DNA from: Gekko japonicus
Taxonomy: Eukaryota
Assembly: GCF_001447785.1 (NCBI RefSeq)
Contig: NW_015160837.1
Coordinates: 199,415-263,414, forward strand
Direction of reading: 5' to 3'
DNA: 64,000 bases
Position 1 is the first letter of the stretch, and each line of letters opens with the position of its first letter. Position numbers and translations under genes: made by a program. Shown here in pieces: positions 24,910 to 37,374 of this stretch. The notes under the pieces were generated by a model. It was not told the origin of the DNA and searched no databases. It saw only the letters and a list, made by a program, of their open reading frames with translations.

Positions 24910-26791
24910 GTAAGGAAAAAAATTGCACTCTTAGAATTTAATCGAAATGCATTTAATGTAAGACCAGGAAGGTCAAATGTGTGGAATTGCAGTTCTGAAG
25001 AACAAATTATTTTATCTAGGCGCTAACGGCCAATGTCTGCCTTTTGGTCTGCCTCCAAAGAACTGCTCAAATACTTTCACATGTTTAGTGGTGCTTTGGG
25101 CTTAACTTTATCAATGAGTAGCCTCCCATGATGCGTTGTCAACAATTTTAGAAAATTGGTATGTGTGTGTCAAAACCAGGTTGTGATAGGATGGGGGCCT
25201 GTTAAAAACGGGGGGGGGGATACTTTTGTAAATTCTCTCCCTCGGGCATTCTGGCTGCTCTTAGGGCTAGATTAGGCTCACTCCGCCCCCTCCCCCCTCC
25301 CCCGGTCTTTAGCTGACACTCTGCTGCTCAATGTTCCATCCCTTCTGTGCCATTTTCAGTCCCTATGAAGACATGTCTTGTTCTTTTCCTCTTTTGGGGG
25401 AGGCAAGTTTGACATCTTAAATTTTTTTGCATAACTGAGGAGTCCCCCAACTAGGCAGAGACTTTTCTTATCTGTAAAGTGATCCCATTGCGCAGCTTTA
25501 ATAAATGTATGCAGTCGACAGTCAGTTTGCTCTGGGAAGATATAGTGATAGTGTATGGTGATCTTTAAAAGGAAATAAAAAGATATTTACTGGGCATGCC
25601 TAAAGTAGCAGTTTGGATCTCAGCCCTTAAAGGCAAAATTATTTGTTCCAATTAAAGTACCGGGTCAGATTAATCAAACATGACCAAAACTGCTATTGTC
25701 TAAGTGTTGAAGTAACATGGCAAACTTATTAGGCTATAAACTATAAAAGAGTTTTGCTATGAACCAGTGTTGGGGCAGTGAACACAGTGCTTAGGTTGCT
25801 TTCATGCAAGTAGCCCCCTGTTTTGGTAAGGGTGGACAAAGCAGGGTAGAAATGTTTTAATAAAACACGATCTTTAGAAAAAATGTTAAAGTAGTAGCAC
25901 AGCCTGGTTGTGTTCTGCACTTGTAGTGCTTAAAACTGGCAATGGACATTATGGGTAGTCTTCCACCAAGAGTCAATGGATGGTGTTTAGTGGGAAGAAG
26001 AACAAGAGAGGGAGAGATTAATTACCAAGTAGGAAAATAATGGAGAAGGGGGAGATTAGGAGGAGTTGGGCGGGGGAATAAATATTACTTTAACTGGAAG
26101 AGTCAATACAGAGAAGACAGAAGTGAAATTGAGTTGGATCCCAGCGATAACCTCTGCCAGGAAAGGCTCTTGCATTAGCAGAGAGAAGTTCCCTGCCTCC
26201 CCTGTCCGGAAGCAGCATGAGGGACAAAATGAAGTTTTGTAGCAGGAGGGGAGAATTGATTAAAAAAAAAACCCCAACAGAAATACTCTGATCTTCCCAG
26301 TGTCATGAGGCATGTCTTCATGCAGTTAGGTAAAAGCTATCTTAGGGATTTCCAGGCTAAACTGAACGTATGTATTGAGCATGTTGCTGAAAGCAGCTTT
26401 TTCTTGATGAGCGATCCCTGTTCTGATTGTAACATATTGAACTCACATCCTTTGTTGTTCTGATTGTAAAACAGTCTGAGCATATTTATAGAAAAGCAGT
26501 GTAGAAATGTTTTAAATAAATAAACGTTCTGACGAATTGCTTCCATTGTCCTGGGATTCTTCCTAGAGCAGTCACTTCTTCATAGAGGAATACCACAACA
26601 TTTGGGAGAGAGTGCCAAGCAGAATTTGTGACATAGATTCCAGTGTTGCTTTTGACTTTTCCTATTGCCTCTTTTGGGAACAAAAAAACAAGAGTTCCAT
26701 GTTTGAATAGTTTTGATATTGGAACGCATGATGTTTGCACTGCTCATAGTGACAATTATTAATCAAAAGCTGCTTTTCCTTCCATCAATAG

Positions 26792-26907
26792 AGCAATGAT
26801 GGAGAAGAACGTTTAGCTGTTGTTCGGCTTCTAGCTAAACTGTTTGGTTCTAAAGATTCTGACCTTGCAACACAGAACCGTCCTCTTTGGCAGTGCTTTC
26901 TTGGCCG
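26792..26907 (+). CDS. PDS5A: PDS5A exon 9
   Basis: tag|AGC..CG|gtgaga, 116 nt; [38 protein letters not shown]. Confidence 0.97.
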
Positions 26908-27550
26908 GTGAGAAAACATACAGATGTATTTTCAGTTTAATTTTGTCTTAGGAGCAATGCTTTCCCAACCATTTCCGCCCCCCCCCCACCCCCCCGTATT
27001 AAATTCACTTTTTATTTCATCAGGATTGACTTCTGCATGTTAATGCTAGCTTCTGTTTTCAAATAGGGACTTCTAAAGTTCATGGCTTATTGGTTGTGTT
27101 CTGTTTCTGATGGTGGAAGGGTTCTTCTGTTGGGGAGTGTGGCTTCTGTTGATTTTCCCCTTGTGCTGTTCATGAGGGTCCCTTGACCCCCAGGAACAAA
27201 ACTTCTGGGAATTTAATTAGTAAGTTTGCTGGGATGAAGAAGTGGTAAAGTTAACTCTGCTTTCAGATACAGGATTCAAGTTTTATGGGGTGGCTATATA
27301 GATCAGTTATTTTTTGCTCTGCCCTAAGTAACCTTGCTGCTGGCATTAGACATTTTAGCTATTTCAGTGCAGATTTATGTGGCTTTTGTTTTAAGTATTA
27401 TTGTCCTGCAATTTTTGCTTTATTTTCACCATGTAATAAATTCACTTTGTGTTGCTCAGATGTTGGCACGTATGAAAACGTACTCAGGTTATTTGTGTAT
27501 CAATACTGAATGTGCTCATAATTGCAAAAAGATATTTTTCCTTCATCCAG

Positions 27551-27645
27551 ATTTAATGATATCCACGTCCCTGTGAGATTAGAAAGCGTGAAATTTGCAA
27601 GTCATTGTTTAATGAACCATCCAGATTTAGCAAAAGACCTCACTG
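27551..27645 (+). CDS. PDS5A: PDS5A exon 10
   Basis: cag|A..G|gtaagc, 95 nt; [31 protein letters not shown]. Confidence 0.97.
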
Positions 27646-28249
27646 GTAAGCTTTCTGACTCTAAAATAATTTGACAAAAGAGCATAGGGATAATTGTTTC
27701 GATAACATGCCACTGTGGCCCAATAAATAGAAAAATGGCTGTGAAACATAAATATGTGACCACATTATTTTGCTTGAACCTTGAAAGGATCATTGAAGGC
27801 AGATTTTCATACAAGAATAGGAGCCAAATGCAGTGGTGCTGATAGGTGTTGCATTGCTAAAACTTTGACCACTAGTGAGTTGTTTAAGTATATTAAGTCA
27901 TTTCTTATTCTTCTGATATATTCATTTTAATGCAAAGCCTGATGTGTTCAACAAACCTGTTAAAGTTGTTTTAGCGGTCAATTGTTAATAGGAATAGGCA
28001 CGAACTGAATTATGAGCCTAAATTTGTCATGAACAATGCCCAGTTCATGGTTCATGAGCCTTGATTCGTGCAAATCATTAGTTATTAACAACTCCTTCCT
28101 AAAAGCATGTGTTGTGTGAAGGGTTATGGGATAGTGGTTTTAGTATTTGTAAATGGTTGTTCTTTTTAGTGGAAAGCAAAGTACATAAATTTCTTGTATC
28201 TTTCAATAGAATGTATTAACAGTGTGTTTTGTGTTTTGTTTTGCAACAG

Positions 28250-28395
28250 AGTACTTAAAAGTTAGATCACATGATCCAGAAGAAGCCATTCGACATGATG
28301 TCATTGTTACAATAATAACTGCTGGCAAGAGGGATCTTTCTTTAGTCAATGACCAGCTACTTGGCTTTGTGAGAGAGAGAACACTGGACAAGAGG
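28250..28395 (+). CDS. PDS5A: PDS5A exon 11
   Basis: cag|AG..AGG|gtaaaa, 146 nt; [48 protein letters not shown]. Confidence 0.97.
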
Positions 28396-28695
28396 GTAAA
28401 ACAAATGAAACCTTCAGTCTCCCAACTCTTACGTATAAAGGGAGAAAGCTACGAAAGTCATCTTTCCCGTGCTTTGAGATAGCATAGAATGATCTTTCTA
28501 CATTGCATGGTGTTTTTTTCAGAACAGAACCCAAAGATCAATTATTGACATGGCCATTCAAATTTCAGCATCCCCTTTTAATCTGGGGATAAGATTGTGG
28601 GTTAAGATGATTCAGTGTGATTATAAAGGGACTGCGCCTTGGCTCAGTGTTCAGAATCCATGGGCACATCTGAGAGCAAGACTTGCCCCTTCATT

Positions 28696-28965
28696 GCCCT
28701 GACCTGGATATCCCAGACAAACCCGATCTCGTCAGAACTCAGAAGCTAAGCAGGGTCGACTCTGTCAAGTATTTGGATGGGAGATCTCCTTGGAATACCA
28801 GCAGTCAGTAGGATAGGGGCAGGCTTTATTCAGCCACCTCTCTGAATATCCTCCAGGTCCCCAGTAGAGGTCAGTCGCCAGAGGTCACCTGACTTCCAGG
28901 TGGACACACACTCACATGCACACACACACGCACATATGAAAAACACAAAAAAATACCAAAAATAG
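28696..28965 (+). mobile_element. 5S rRNA-derived SINE (SINE3)
   Basis: CCCGATCTCGTCAGAACTCAGAAGCTAAGCAGGGTCG..TTGGATGGGAGA..GGAATACC matches the 5S internal control region with mismatches; unrelated body and CA/A-rich tail. Confidence 0.8.
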
Positions 28966-29595
28966 AGAGCTGCTCCTTCTTTGACTGTCAAATATTTTCT
29001 ACCCTAGTTTTGGCATTTATGCTGTGTTATATCCAACAAATTGCTTTCCCTCTCATGCTGTAGATTCCCAGGTCCTCTGAAATGCTGCCCCCCCCCAAAA
29101 AAAGCTCAGGGCACCCAAAAGAACAGTAGTGGTATAAAATGGGGGGGGGGGTCTACACTGGTAGGAGGGAATCTGTGACCATCTCCCCCTCCCTCCTCTG
29201 GCTGAAGAAGCATCCTTATGCCTGCAGGGGAGATTAGTTCAGTGATTGGAAATTCTGTTTTTCTATCTTTAATACATTTATATTTTGCATTTTAATCCAA
29301 AGATACCCAGTCTATTGTTGTTTACTCCTGACTTTTCCCCCTCAAAGCTGGAGGGTGCTACTGTTATGACTAGGTGCCCTGTTCTGGGGAAAGTAAAATG
29401 TCTTCAGGATGTTATGGTTCCGCATATCTCTGAAAGAGAACCACCACAATGCCTAGCACCTCCATAGTAATGTTCATATCTGAGCATTTCAGGCGTATTA
29501 TAGTTGCTAACATTTAAAGTAGAAGTGTTTGTTACATCTGTCGCTAAGCGAAGTAGTGATGACGATGACGAAATGTGTCCTCCTGTTTCTTTAAG

Positions 29596-29747
29596 TGGCG
29601 CGTAAGGAAAGAAGCCATGATGGGGCTTGCTCAGCTATACAAGAAATACTGTCTTCATGCCGAAGCTGGGAAGGACGCAGCAGAGAAAGTGAGCTGGATA
29701 AAGGATAAGCTTTTGCACATATATTATCAGAATAGCATCGACGACAA
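29596..29747 (+). CDS. PDS5A: PDS5A exon 12
   Basis: aag|TGG..AA|gtgagt, 152 nt; [50 protein letters not shown]. Confidence 0.97.
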
Positions 29748-29756
29748 GTGAGTCAA

Positions 29757-29787
29757 ATACAAATACAATACCTTTATTGGCATAAAA
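29757..29787 (-). mobile_element. 31-bp extreme 5'-truncated retroelement tail with 13-bp TSD
   Basis: ACAAGTGAGTCAA at 29744-29756 and 29788-29800 flanks an insert containing CCTTTATTGGCAT, the same string as the LINE 3' end at 34221-34233. Confidence 0.8.
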
Positions 29788-30519
29788 ACAAGTGAGTCAA
29801 TCTTAGGCCACTTTCCTAAAATGTAACTGTTTTATGTGACTGTTCCAAAGAAAGCCGATGGGAGGAAAAATGCTCTGTGTTGATTTTGATTTCGAAAAGA
29901 TGTGCCGCTGCACAGCAGCGTGTCTCAATAGCAGCAGAGTGGGCCAAGTAATAATACTAATAACGTATGCGTCTGCCCCATTAGGCTGTACAGATAGCGC
30001 CATGGACTCTCTGGTTTGTTTCTGTATCGGTAATGATTTAATCTAGGAAGGGACTAGTCTTAGTAGGAACCTCCCTGCTCATGGGTGTAGGATTCTTGCA
30101 CTTCCCAGCTTCAGAGTAGGAAAACTCTTTGAGTTCCATCACCAAGCCTTGTCTGCCTCTCAGTACAACTCAAGGACTTTTGGCTCTTCCTGTGCTTCCA
30201 ACAAACGTCTACAAGTCACTGGCAAAGTCACCTTTGTCCGATGTCAGCAAAACTCATGTTGTTGGAACCCCTGCAGGGACTCATCGTTCCACCCAAGGAC
30301 CTGAGTTTCCTCTCCTCTTCCCCCTTCAGTTGTTCCAGAAAAGGGTTTGATAGCCAGATCTAGCCTAGTTTTGTCTGATTCAAGATACAGAGAGACCTGG
30401 GGAAGGTCAAAAGATTTTAAGGGGATCTGCCAGGATTCCAAGCCTGCCTTCGCTGTACAGCCTGGATGAGGAAGTAAAATGTTTTGGTTTCTCTGACTTC
30501 ATGTCATCTATCTTGGATG

Positions 30520-30726
30520 CAATGTTCCCTCTAAGCTGTGGAGTCTTTTGAGCAGAAATTCTACCTTGTGAGCTACTGGCATTAAAAGTTGTGAGTGAGC
30601 GATTTGGCTACTGCATATGTTAGTTTGCTCTGGAGCCATCCTCCCTGAGCTAAGACAAAAATCTGTGAGCTGGAGGCTAAAAAACTGTGAGCTGGCTCAC
30701 ACTAACTCAGCTTAGAGGGAACACTG
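30520..30726 (+). mobile_element. hAT-type MITE family A, copy 3
   Basis: Both TIRs; TSD CTTGGATG. Confidence 0.92.
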
Positions 30727-30820
30727 CTTGGATGCTCCACTTTTTCAACACCAAAGCATTCCAGTTAGCCTTATAATGTAATTTGAATGTATTTAAATCT
30801 ATCTAGCTTGCTATCTATCT

Positions 30821-31164
30821 AGGAGCTGCGGTGGCTCAAGTGGTTGAGACGCTGAACTGCAGGCTGTGGAAGGTCAGTAGTTCAGCAGTTCGAGACCCGG
30901 GTGCCGTGTCATGGAGTGAGCTCCCATCTCTCGTTCCAGCTCCTGCCAACCTAGCAGTTCGAAAGCAAGAAATTGCAATTAGATAAATAGGTACCACTTC
31001 GGTGGGAAGGCGTTCCGTGCGCCTTGGTGGTTAGTCATGCCGGCCACATGACCATGGAAACGTCTTCGGACAGCGCTGGCTCTTCGGCTTGGAAACGGAG
31101 ATGAGCACCGCAACCCTAGAGTCGGATTCGACTGGCTTTCGAGCAAGGGAACCTTTACCTTTAC
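30821..31164 (+). mobile_element. Sauria SINE, full length
   Basis: Head AGGAGCTGCGGTGGCTCAAGTGG, core and ACCTTT tail. Confidence 0.92.
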
Positions 31165-31754
31165 CTAGCTTGCATTACCCAGAGTACATTGAGTTGTACC
31201 GCTCTACTTGGCTAAGGGCAGCACATTCTGTCAGTGGAAGAGCATTTCGTGCTGGCAGGAAGCACCTCTCACTGGTGGAATCCACGGTCCAAAAGAATGT
31301 AATAATAGGATGCAACTCATTGCACTGGATCCAGATTAAATCTCCTAATAGCAGAATTAGACTTTCTTGCCTCAGAGCTGACCTTGAAATAGACTACCAC
31401 TAAATGCTGCCCCTGGGTCATAGGGGGACCGTCGGGAATAACGTGATGGGAAGTCTGGAGCAGGAAGGAGAAATTAGTTGAAGTTGCCAGTTTGGGCCTG
31501 ATCTAACTCATTGTGTTGAATCCTTGGACTGTCCTCTGCGGAGAACAATCTTCTGACAGGAGAAGACTCACTAACAGGATTGAGGTTTGGCATAGAATTC
31601 TGGACAAAAGCCTGTATAGTTCAGATTCAGCAGGTGCTGAGTTCAAATCCCAGTGAAGCTACTAGGCTTATGGGTAGCACACACAAACCTAGCCAGAATG
31701 AGGGCTTTATCTTTAAAAATGAAAGTAACACAACTGTAGATTGGATTGATCAAG

Positions 31755-31928
31755 AAAGGTAAAGGTAAAGGTTCCCTTGCTCGAAAGCCAGTCGAATCCG
31801 ACTCTAGGGTTGCGGTGCTCATCTCCGTTTCAAAGCCGAAGAGCCAGCGCTGTCCGAAGACGTTTCCGTGGTCATGTGGCCGGCATGACTAAACACCAAG
31901 GCGCACGGAACGCTGTTACCTTCCCACC
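31755..31928 (-). mobile_element. Sauria SINE, 3' half
   Basis: Starts with (AAAGGT)n, the reverse of the ACCTTT tail; 5'-truncated. Confidence 0.88.
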
Positions 31929-32009
31929 AGCGTATAAAGTATTCTAAGTACAACCAGCTGCTGATTTCACAGTGAAATTATGTTTGAGCAATGCTTTCTT
32001 AGACTTTAA

Positions 32010-32338
32010 AAGTAAAGGTTCCCCTTGCTCGAAAGCCAGTCGAATCCTGACTCTAGGGTTGTGGTGCTCATCTCCGTTTCCAAGCCGAAGAGCCAGCACT
32101 GTCCGAAGACGTTTCCGTGGTCATGTGGCCAGCATGATTAAACACCAAGGCGCATGGAATGCTGTTACCTTCCCACTGAAGTGGTACCTATTTATCTACT
32201 TGCAATTTCTTGCTTTCGAACTGCTAGGTTGGCAGGAGCTGGAACTAGAGACGGGAGCTCACAACGTCATGCGGCACACTCGGGTCTCGGACTGCTGAAC
32301 TACCGAACTTCCCACAGCCTGCCGTTCAGCATCTTAAC
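32010..32338 (-). mobile_element. Sauria SINE
   Basis: Reverse complement of the family body; followed by a partial Squam3-like SINE (~32345-32525, +). Confidence 0.9.
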
Positions 32339-33449
32339 TGGTTTATGCATACTTCTGTCAGAGCTGTCCTTGAAAAAGAGCAGTTTCTGTCAGAGCTCTC
32401 TCAGCCCCACCTACCTCACAGGGTGTCTGTTGTGGGGAGGGGAAGGGAAAGGAGTTTGTAAACCGCTCTGAGACTCCCTTGGAATAGTGAAGGGCAGGGT
32501 ATAAATCCAATCTCTTCTCTTCTTCCCTTCTTAACCCATTACTGTGGTTCATCTGTGGTCAGGACCCAAAGAGTCCTGTGTTTGCATTAGGGCTTTTCTG
32601 CTCATTCGTTAGAGCTCTCTGCATTTTCCATTCCAAGTGCTGCTCATTGTTCTACATCACAGGCCCCTGCAGAGAGGCTTCTAACTTTATGTAGGTATTG
32701 GAGATGGTACAAGAACCCGTGGTCTAAGTGATGGCATCAGAAAGCATGGAATGTGTGCAGAATAAAGCTCAGCCACTTGCCACAATGGGCTGTAATTTTA
32801 GGGAATCAATCTCCTGTGCTGGTTTCTTCCCTTTAATGGGAAAAAAATCATATCCTTGACTTTGGATTCCCCCCCCTTTCAGTTTCAGTATTTTGAATAC
32901 TTCCTGTTACTAAATGAGGTTGTTCTCCATTCCTGAGTAGCAAGGGAAGCTAGATAATGTGTGATTAGATCATTCCAGTTATCTTACTAGCATGGACGGC
33001 ATTTGATGTTCTGTGTTGAGCAGCAGAGAAAGATTTTCTGTGTGTGTAAGGTGGAAATGAGAATAGGGTGGGGCATATCACCAAGAGCTGAATTAAAAAC
33101 TGGAAGGTATGAATAGTTAGGATGGAAACACAATCCCTCAAGACGTTGGGCCCGTTTTAAGGCTGTTCGATGTTGCCCGCAGAGCTGTGTGGGTTGCCAG
33201 TAGACAACTGTTCTCTTATCGCCATTTAGAAGAGCCTGTGAAATGGTTTTTGGCTGGAAGGTTTTTTGTTTATTTTCACTGCTGTCTCTGTTTTGCAAAC
33301 ATAGTTCTCCGGTGCTGTTGATTTGATTTGATTTGTGTTGTAATTTCTTGTACTGTGTGCTTGATACATACCATTGTAAATTGCCTTGGGTATACTCTTC
33401 GGGGACAGGTGATCCAAAATAATTAAAAATATTTTTTTTTCCTTTGCAG

Positions 33450-33563
33450 GTTACTAGTGGAGAAAATTTTTGCTCAGTATCTTGTTCCTCATAATTTGGA
33501 AACTGAAGAAAGGATGAAATGCTTATACTATTTGTATGCTAGCTTGGATCCAAATGCTGTTAA
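33450..33563 (+). CDS. PDS5A: PDS5A exon 13
   Basis: cag|G..AA|gtgagt, 114 nt; [37 protein letters not shown]. Confidence 0.97.
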
Positions 33564-34217
33564 GTGAGTGTGCTTTGGAGAGAGAACTGGTCAAGCTTTT
33601 AAGTGGGGTTGAAAGTTTGAATATCCTGCATATTATACTTTTTAAACAGAAATTGTCTTGTAGTTCATAATGGTGTTGGATCTGTAATGTGGGAAAGTGG
33701 ACTTTTCAGATAACAGGGGAAATGGACTTGTCAGATACGTCTTGGAATTCAGCTTCAGTGAGTGGTATGACCCTAAATAGTTCTGGAATTAGTTCAGTGT
33801 TACTGGATTTTTCTTTCTTTCTTTTTTCTGTTTTTTTTTTTTAAACCCAAAGGGATGTTTTTTATTTTGCAATAGACTACAGAACTACAAAGAAAATATT
33901 AGGAAGGGAACTACAACTAGGGATAAAGGAAAGATAACCACACTATGCTAAAACCCCAAGAGGAGGAGATCTTATCCCTGTTAGTATGAGTGTTAGTACC
34001 GAAAGTGTTAATATCACAATATACTTGTGGAGTTTTTGTTTATCACTGCTTCATTTTTTTTCTTTCTTTAAAGGGGGGGGGGAAAGAGCCACTATGAAAA
34101 TTAAATAGTGCGTGGGGAGAAATCTGGGTTTATATGAATTATTACTTATGTCTGAACATTTAAGTTTATCATTTATTTTTGTTTTAAAAATAGGTTTTGG
34201 TTGCTGTAAGTTTCAGT

Positions 34218-34814
34218 TAGCCTTTATTGGCATGAAACGATACCTTAAAAGAGAATTACTGTAAAAGAGAAATATGCATATAAAACCATACATATAAAAC
34301 CAAGCATTTTGCAGACTACATATGATTGCATAATCCTACATAAAACAATTTGTTACAAAGTGTTGCTCATTTTGGTAGTTTTTCCTCTCATACCTTTATA
34401 GCTGATTGTTAAAAACATGGCTACCTTCAATGATATTTCAGAAGTGGAGTCATTCAGAAGACGGTACACTTTTAAAGCATCAGGAAGGTCCGTCATGTTG
34501 GCTAAAATAGGGTTTAAATATCTAAATGCGTGTATCTACATAAAAATGACGATGCAAACAGATATGTGAAGCTGTCTCAATACATCCAGAGTTACAATGG
34601 CAAAGTCTAGCCGTATATGCTATATTATTATATCTCCCATGCAAGATTGCTGATGGTATTGCATTGAATCTTGCTAGAGAAAAGGCTCTGCGCTGTTCTG
34701 ATGCTTGTATATCAGATAGGTATGGGGCCATTCGGCCTACCGTGAGAGGAATCTCAAAGTTCAGAAGGGAGCAAGATTTGTTGGCTAAGCTGTATGGCCT
34801 TTGTGTTCCAATGT
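34218..34814 (-). mobile_element. 5'-truncated non-LTR retrotransposon with C-terminal zinc knuckle (RTE-X-like)
   Basis: [35 protein letters not shown]; 3' end TGCCAATAAAGG; possible TSD GTTTCAGT at 34210-34217 and 34815-34822; clade assignment tentative. Confidence 0.75.
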
Positions 34815-34983
34815 GTTTCAGTGTCAAGGACTCTGCTGTCAAACTGTTGGAAGGGGGTGGGTGGGTCCAGCAAGAGAAGAGGCCCAGCTGTATAATAGCC
34901 ACAGTGATTCCATGCGGCCCAACATCAATTTATTGCATGCTAACACTTTCTCTCCCTCCCTCCCCCCCTTCTTGTGTGTCTAG

Positions 34984-35065
34984 GGCACTTAATGAGATGT
35001 GGAAGTGCCAGAACATGCTGAGGAGTCACGTGCGGGAGTTACTGGATTTGCATAAGCAGCCCACT
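34984..35065 (+). CDS. PDS5A: PDS5A exon 14
   Basis: tag|G..ACT|gtacgg, 82 nt; [27 protein letters not shown]. Confidence 0.97.
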
Positions 35066-35502
35066 GTACGGTTTCAGAAAAATCTACATTTCGTTTGTGT
35101 TTCAAATGCTCATGTTATAATCCGTCCTACTAAAAGATTGTTCTTAAAATGACCAGCTGTTTGGAGCTTATTAACTTATTAATAGAATTTAAATGAGACA
35201 GTCGTCTGGAGTCTTGACATGTCGCCTCTTCAACTATTGGGCGACTCTTTTGCTTCGTTGTGGTGTTATAGTTTTGAGAGTTCAAAAAACAGTATTGGCA
35301 ATATCGAACAGGACCTTTCCAAGAATAGAGAACGATTTGGTTGGGTACGGCTGTATATTTGTACCGAATCATAGTTATTCACCACTTGGAAAGCAATAGC
35401 TTGTAGTAGTAGAAGCAGGGCAAGTAGCATGCTGCATCGCCTGTTCATGCTCACTTTTAACTTCTTTCTCTTCATGCTCACTTTTAACTTCTTTCTCTTC
35501 AG

Positions 35503-35551
35503 TCAGAGACCAACAGTGCCGCTATGTTTGGGAAGCTGATGACCATAGCAA
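35503..35551 (+). CDS. PDS5A: PDS5A exon 15
   Basis: cag|TCA..A|gtaaga, 49 nt; SETNSAAMFGKLMTIA. Confidence 0.95.
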
Positions 35552-35642
35552 GTAAGATCTGTGGATCAGTAGTACATGTTTCAATATAGCTTTAAATGCT
35601 GCTGCTGAAACTTAAAAGCATCTTTGTGTTTCAATCCTGTAG

Positions 35643-35782
35643 AAAATCTTCCCGATCCGGGGAAAGCGCAGGACTTTGTAAAGAAATTCAACCAAGTGCT
35701 CGGCGACGACGAGAAGCTTCGTTCTCAGCTCGAGCTGTTGATCAGCCCCGCGTGTTCCTGTAAGCAGGCAGACGTCTGTGTG
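35643..35782 (+). CDS. PDS5A: PDS5A exon 16
   Basis: tag|AA..GTG|gtaagc, 140 nt; [46 protein letters not shown]. Confidence 0.97.
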
Positions 35783-36731
35783 GTAAGCGCTGATGGGTTT
35801 AAAAACAAACAAACAAACGGATGTGTATCAGCTTGGTATGTTTCCAGGAGAATATGGACACATAGTGCAAATCTGATTCATTGACATTGTAAGCAGATCT
35901 GATGCATTGACATTGTAAGCGTGTTTACCCAGAAATAAATCCTCATCATGATTTCAATAGGACTTGCTAATAGTAATTGGATTTTAACCTTTGTAGACTG
36001 TGTAATGTCTCATAGAATTTCCCGTTACAACACGTGCAGCTATAGCATACGTCACAATCTGGTACTGTTCTCATATAAGCACAGATGTTTTAACGCAGTC
36101 ATTGACTGACTGAGGAGCACCAATACACTGATGCCATTTGACTGTCCATAGCCCCTTTTGTATTCCTTTTTATATACGGGATCTGGTCAATGTATACATA
36201 CCTTGTATCTGCATTGAGCAGTTCCCATTATCAGAAGGGCTGAGAGCGTTCATGCATGCAAGAGCTCTTGGCATGTCAGGGGCCCGAAGATCTGGGCACC
36301 CTCAAAAGAAATAATTTCAGATGTTTGAACAAATTTAGAGTTCAGTGGCACCTTTAAGATCTACAAAAGTTTATTCAAGGTATGTGCTTTCGTGTGCAAG
36401 GCACACTTTTTTAAATACACTGGAATGACAGATGAGGTTCTAAACTTATAGAAAGGGATTTGGCAGCAAATTAGCATGTAACGTGATGATGTTTTAAGTT
36501 ATGCAAAGTGAAAAACTAAACAAGTTAAGGTTATAAACAGTTGTAAAGCAATAAACATGTCAAAATAGCAGATTAATGTCTAAAGGTTTTTTTTTTTAAA
36601 TTGTGGGAGGTAACATAATCTTAATTTATTATTTATTTATTATTTTAATTACTTTTTATTCAGAGTACCATTTATGCGTGTTTTATTTGTCGATTTCAAC
36701 CAGCCTCTTTTTTTTTAACCCTTTTATTCAG

Positions 36732-36847
36732 AGGGAGATTGCACGGAAACTTGCGAACCCTAAACAGCCAACCAACCCTTTCCTGGAGATGGTTAAATTT
36801 CTTTTGGAAAGAATTGCCCCTGTTCACATCGACTCAGAAGCCATCAG
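36732..36847 (+). CDS. PDS5A: PDS5A exon 17
   Basis: cag|AGG..AG|gtaaag, 116 nt; [38 protein letters not shown]. Confidence 0.97.
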
Positions 36848-37268
36848 GTAAAGCTGACTGAGGACTACCTAGTGTAGTAGTTTCTGAAACACAAAACTTA
36901 TGCTTATATGTGAGAGGTGAGGCCCACAGTCATAAAGTTTGAATGCTACCATTAGTATCTTTCTTCCTGATCCATGTATTGAAAAGCTGCTGGAATAGTT
37001 AGATCCCGTCAATGCATTAAAAAAAACTTTTAAAATGATTGCATGTTGGAAGAAAGGGGGAAATATGGTTACTTAAAAAAAATGAAATAAGAAAAGTTGA
37101 GTACAAAATTTAGTAAGCGAAGGTAAAAGTATCTAAACATGGCTCTGGCTTAATGATATGTTCTAGCCGATTGGTATAAAAAGTAGTTCAGATCTGTTCT
37201 TTGTAATATATAAGTCATGGCTGTTGACATATTGATCATAAACACACGCTTTTTAATTCTTATTTTAG

Positions 37269-37374
37269 TGCATTAGTCAAGTTGATGAATAAGTCCATAG
37301 AAGGGACAGCTGATGATGAAGAGGAGGGCGTAAGCCCTGATGCAGCTATTCGTTCTGGGCTTGAACTTCTCAAG
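37269..37374 (+). CDS. PDS5A: PDS5A exon 18
   Basis: tag|T..AAG|gtacta, 106 nt; [35 protein letters not shown]. Confidence 0.97.

Noticed and set aside
28696-28805. 5S rRNA gene
   Set aside because: Many mismatches, no proper 5S ends or T-run terminator, and fused to an unrelated body; it is a SINE head.
31972-32471. Recurrent ORF family FPLKWYLFIYLQFLAFELLGWQEL (also at 19100 and 50698)
   Set aside because: Antisense translation of Sauria SINE copies, not a gene family.
35871-35920. 26-bp tandem repeat ATCTGAT(T/G)CATTGACATTGTAAGC
   Set aside because: Two units in mid-intron with no associated signal; ordinary slippage.
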